Positions 60,541 to 64,000 of a DNA stretch of 64,000 bases are shown one piece after another. Where the stretch lies: the NCBI GenBank assembly GCA_963775685.1, contig CAVZJV010000001.1, positions 1 to 64,000 of the forward strand. The letters are read 5' to 3'. Made by a program: the position numbers and the translations under genes. A model generated the notes under the pieces. That model worked only from the letters and a program-made list of their open reading frames with translations, had not been told where the DNA came from and did no database searches. The DNA comes from Candidatus Bathyarchaeota archaeon (GTDB lineage Archaea; Thermoproteota; Bathyarchaeia; Bathyarchaeales; Bathycorpusculaceae). How positions within the stretch are numbered: position 1 is the stretch's first letter; each line of letters starts with the position of its first letter.

Positions 60541-63024
60541 ATGCAACCTATGCCTAAGGAATACAATTTTTCTGAAATTGAGCGGAAATGGCAGATCAAA
60601 TGGGAAGAAATCGGCATCTACCACTACGACTGGAATGACAAAGAGCGCCTTCCTTTCAGCATTGACACGCCGCCGCCTTACCCGTCGGGCGAGTTGCACA
60701 TGGGCAATGTTTTAAACTGGACCTATTTTGATATGGTTGCCCGCTTCAAACGCATGCAAGGCTTCAACGTGCTGTTCCCGCAGGGTTGGGACTGCCATGG
60801 ATTAGGCATAGAAATTCAAGTGGAAAAAGCCAAAAACATCCGCAAACGTGATGTCCCACCTGATCAGTTTCGCTCATGGTGCATCGAACTGGTCGAAAAA
60901 TACATCGTCATGATGAAAGAAGGCATCCTTAAGATGGGAGCTAGCATCGATTGGACCACCGAATACAAAACGATGAACCCGGACTATTGGCGCCGCACAC
61001 AACTGAGCTTTGTTTTGCTGCACAAGAAAGGTTACATGTACCGGGGCACACATCCGGTGAATTGGTGTACCAGAGACGAAACTGCCATCGCCGACGCTGA
61101 AGTTGACCATGTAAAGAAAGAGGGGGTCCTCCATTACATTCGTTTTAACCTTGAAGGAAGTAGCGAATACCTGCTCATCGCGACGTCACGTCCTGAATTC
61201 ATACCTGCATGCGTCGCAGTGGAAGTTAACCCCAAAGACGAACGCTACAACAAGTACATTAATAGAAAAATCTCTGTGCCGCTGATGAACCGTGAAGTGA
61301 CAGTTATCGCTGAGGAATCAGTTGATCCATGCTTTGGTACGGGGGTTGTCCAGATTTGCACGTACGGCGATAAAGAAGACGTGAAGACAGTCATAAAACA
61401 TAAACTCCCAGTCATTCGACTTTTAAAGGAAAATGGGCAAATCAGCGAGGCAGGCTGCAAATACGCAGGGTTATACGTTAACCAAGCACGCGCAGCTATC
61501 GTCGCAGACTTAGCAACCGCTGGATTGCTGGAAAAATCGGAGAAGATCCAGCATGAAGTCGGAGTTTGTGACCGCTGCAAAGCCCAAGTCGAAATCCTCG
61601 AGGTTAAACAGTGGTTCATGAAAACCATGCCTCTCTCCGAAGCAATAGAGAAGAACGCTAACGAAATCCCCTGGTACCCCGACTACATGAAAAACCGCCT
61701 CATCGATTGGACCCGCGCCCTGGATTGGGATTGGGTGGTTAGCCGCCAACGCTTATTCGCCACGCCGATTCCGGTGTGGTACTGCAAGAGCTGCGGCGAA
61801 GTCCTTGTTGCCCTGGAAAGCTGGGTGCCAATTGATCCCCGAATGGAAAAACCTAAAGTTGAGGCGTGCCCTAGGTGCGGCGGAACCGACTTTGCAGGCG
61901 AAACCGATGTGCTCGACACATGGATGGATTCGTCAATTACCTGTGCTGTCCATGCTGGTTGGCCTGACCGGGCTGACTGGAAGCACCTGTTCCCCGCAAG
62001 CATGCATCCCTCAGGCACAGATATCATCCGAACATGGGCATACTACCTCATGGTACGTCACCTCGCACTTTTCGATGAGCGCCCATTCAACAGTGTCCTG
62101 ATAAACGGCATGGTACTTGGCGCTGACGGCAGAAAAATGAGTAAATCCCTGAAGAACTATGTTGCAGCACCTGAAGTACTCAACAAAAGCGGCGCAGACG
62201 CAACTCGGCAGTGGGCAGCTGGCGGAGGCGCAACAGGTTCAGATATTCCTTTCCGCGCCCAAGACGTTGAATACGGCAGACGCTTCCTAGTTAAGCTCTG
62301 GAACGTTACAGGGTTCGCAAGCAACCTACTTGCGGACTACAACCCAAAAGCCAACGCTGAAGTGGAACTGCAACTGCTCGACAAATGGATCCTTAGCAAA
62401 ACTGAGAACATAATAAAGAAAATTACTGACGCATTTGAGAAATGCCAATTCAACATCGCCGTTGAAGACATACGCAACTTCACCTGGCACGTGTTCTGCG
62501 ACTACTACATTGAATCGGTAAAAGACCGACTTTACCGTCAAGAACCCGAAAGTTCAGCGAAAAGACGAGCCGCACAGCAGACCTTATACAACGTTTTATA
62601 CAAGATTCTGCAGCTACTAGCTCCGATAACTCCCCACTTAACTGAAGAAATCTACCAAAACATGTACGCTGAAGACAAAGGATTTAAAAGCTTACAGATT
62701 ACATCCTGGCCAAAAATAGACAACGCTCTTGTCGATAAAACTGTTGAAGAGGAAGGGGATAAAGTCATGGCTTTAATTGAGGATGTGCGAAGAAAGAAAG
62801 CTGCACAAAAATTGGCGCTAAATACTCCAATTTTATCTCTTGAAGTCTATACTGGAAGTCAAACAAGTGCTGACATAATTATTTCAAGCAAAGAAGATAT
62901 CGCCGGCACTCTCAAAGTTGTAGGTGATTTCAACGTTGTTACCAAAGCCGGTCAAGGACAAGAAGTGCCGATGTTTCCGGGAGTAATTCCCGTCGCTGTC
63001 TTTGGGGCGGTAACTAAAAAATGA
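60541..63024 (+). CDS. valS: Valine--tRNA ligase (archaeal type)
   Basis: DTPPP..SG.LHMGN, GWDCHG, DW.VSRQR, DTWMDS, KMSKS. Confidence 0.96.
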   Translation: MQPMPKEYNFSEIERKWQIKWEEIGIYHYDWNDKERLPFSIDTPPPYPSGELHMGNVLNWTYFDMVARFKRMQGFNVLFPQGWDCHGLGIEIQVEKAKNIRKRDVPPDQFRSWCIELVEKYIVMMKEGILKMGASIDWTTEYKTMNPDYWRRTQLSFVLLHKKGYMYRGTHPVNWCTRDETAIADAEVDHVKKEGVLHYIRFNLEGSSEYLLIATSRPEFIPACVAVEVNPKDERYNKYINRKISVPLMNREVTVIAEESVDPCFGTGVVQICTYGDKEDVKTVIKHKLPVIRLLKENGQISEAGCKYAGLYVNQARAAIVADLATAGLLEKSEKIQHEVGVCDRCKAQVEILEVKQWFMKTMPLSEAIEKNANEIPWYPDYMKNRLIDWTRALDWDWVVSRQRLFATPIPVWYCKSCGEVLVALESWVPIDPRMEKPKVEACPRCGGTDFAGETDVLDTWMDSSITCAVHAGWPDRADWKHLFPASMHPSGTDIIRTWAYYLMVRHLALFDERPFNSVLINGMVLGADGRKMSKSLKNYVAAPEVLNKSGADATRQWAAGGGATGSDIPFRAQDVEYGRRFLVKLWNVTGFASNLLADYNPKANAEVELQLLDKWILSKTENIIKKITDAFEKCQFNIAVEDIRNFTWHVFCDYYIESVKDRLYRQEPESSAKRRAAQQTLYNVLYKILQLLAPITPHLTEEIYQNMYAEDKGFKSLQITSWPKIDNALVDKTVEEEGDKVMALIEDVRRKKAAQKLALNTPILSLEVYTGSQTSADIIISSKEDIAGTLKVVGDFNVVTKAGQGQEVPMFPGVIPVAVFGAVTKK

Positions 63025-63755
63025 AACGTGTTGGGTTGATTGGTTGCGGTGCAATTGGAACAGTCTTAGCTGAATCTATGGAGCGCAAGATAGTTGTTTG
63101 TGATGAACTTGTCATTTTTGATGTGGACGGGGCAAAAGCACAAAAACTCAAAGACCGATTAAAATTCCCTGTAAAAATCATGGCAAACGTGGATGAGTTG
63201 CTTGCGTCTAAGCCGTCAATAGTTGTTGAGGCAGCATCCCAGCAAGCCGTGCGAGAATACTACAACAAAATTTTAGCAGCAAATGTTGACTTCATCGTTA
63301 TGAGTACAGGCGCTCTTTTGGATTTAAACACAAATACTCCTCGCCTTCATTTTCCCTCAGGCGCCATCGGAGGCTTAGACGCACTCTCTCCTGCCGCTTT
63401 AGCAGGAATCAGCGAGGTCACGTTGACCAGCCGCAAACCCCCTAAAGCGCTGGGAAAAACCAACAGCCAAGAAGAGACCATCTACGAGGGCTACGCAGAG
63501 CAAGCTACAAGACAGTTCCCACGCGAAATGAACGTAGCAGCAACATTAGCGTTAACCGTTAAACCTGCCAAAGTAAAAGTCAAAGTCGTCTCCGACCCCG
63601 CCGTCACACGCAACACCCACCAAATCCACGCAAAATGGCGCTACGGAGAAATAAACCTCCAATTCGCCAACGACCCCCACCCTGACAACCCCCACACCAG
63701 TGCCCTCGCGGCCTGGTCAGTCATAAACCTACTAAAATCACAACTAGAAAAATAG
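63021..63755 (+). CDS. nadX: L-aspartate dehydrogenase
   Basis: GCGAIG, VEAAS, SGAIGGLD, RKPP, FP...NVAA, NP.TS.LA. Confidence 0.9.
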   Translation: MKRVGLIGCGAIGTVLAESMERKIVVCDELVIFDVDGAKAQKLKDRLKFPVKIMANVDELLASKPSIVVEAASQQAVREYYNKILAANVDFIVMSTGALLDLNTNTPRLHFPSGAIGGLDALSPAALAGISEVTLTSRKPPKALGKTNSQEETIYEGYAEQATRQFPREMNVAATLALTVKPAKVKVKVVSDPAVTRNTHQIHAKWRYGEINLQFANDPHPDNPHTSALAAWSVINLLKSQLEK

Positions 63756-64000
63756 CAACACCAAAAGCGTGGATACTTAGGGAAGCGACTGAATAAAGCA
63801 ATACCCCGTTAAATCATATCTCAAGGTTTACGATCAAACACAAATATAAGAAGCTGTTTTGCTGTGTTTCGTTTGTTTGGTAGATTGCTTATTTGGGGTG
63901 TTTGGTTGGGGGTTGGTAGGGCTGCCAGCGCCTGGGCGGCTGAGGGTTAAAAAATTGAAATAAACAAAAAGAAAGAAGAAGAATACAGTTTATTTTATTC

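Noticed and set aside
16243-63755. Numerous 60-160 aa antisense ORFs within trp, pst, valS and other genes
   Set aside because: Fully overlapped by well-supported genes on the other strand or frame; no motifs

Overview
The window is a composite of three unrelated DNAs with abrupt junctions. (1) 1-~6560 is an AT-rich Flavobacterium-like stretch: murQ, a ZIP transporter, methyltransferases, a DUF2971-like gene and an S9 peptidase. (2) ~6561-~9228 is a very GC-rich, heavily frameshifted alphaproteobacterial-like stretch: M81/MlrC peptidase, M20 amidohydrolase and amidase. (3) ~9229-64000 is archaeal (7S SRP RNA, LSm-rpl37e, archaeal TATA promoters), most resembling Bathyarchaeia by inference. 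It carries an IS1182-family element with terminal inverted repeats, a trpEGDCBA operon without trpF, and a ~14 kb phosphate/polyphosphate island (CYTH, ppk1, CHAD-phosphoesterase-HD fusion, ppx, ppk2, phoU, pstSCAB, regulator). It also has an HtrA-NfeD-SPFH cluster, a P1B ATPase, a TPP riboswitch over the thiT ribosome-binding site, valS and nadX. The most interesting signals are absent from the ORF track. One is a pair of paralogous Cys/His microproteins (MLSRDCDGC...C...VYCPDGTAHL) at 14912 and 41671, the first inside a cluster of three micro-ORFs. Another is a 45-bp copy of the LSm promoter 33 kb away that points into a U-rich non-coding tract. Many single-base frameshifts, often in homopolymers, suggest long-read errors rather than true pseudogenes. 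All calls are by eye, with no database searches.
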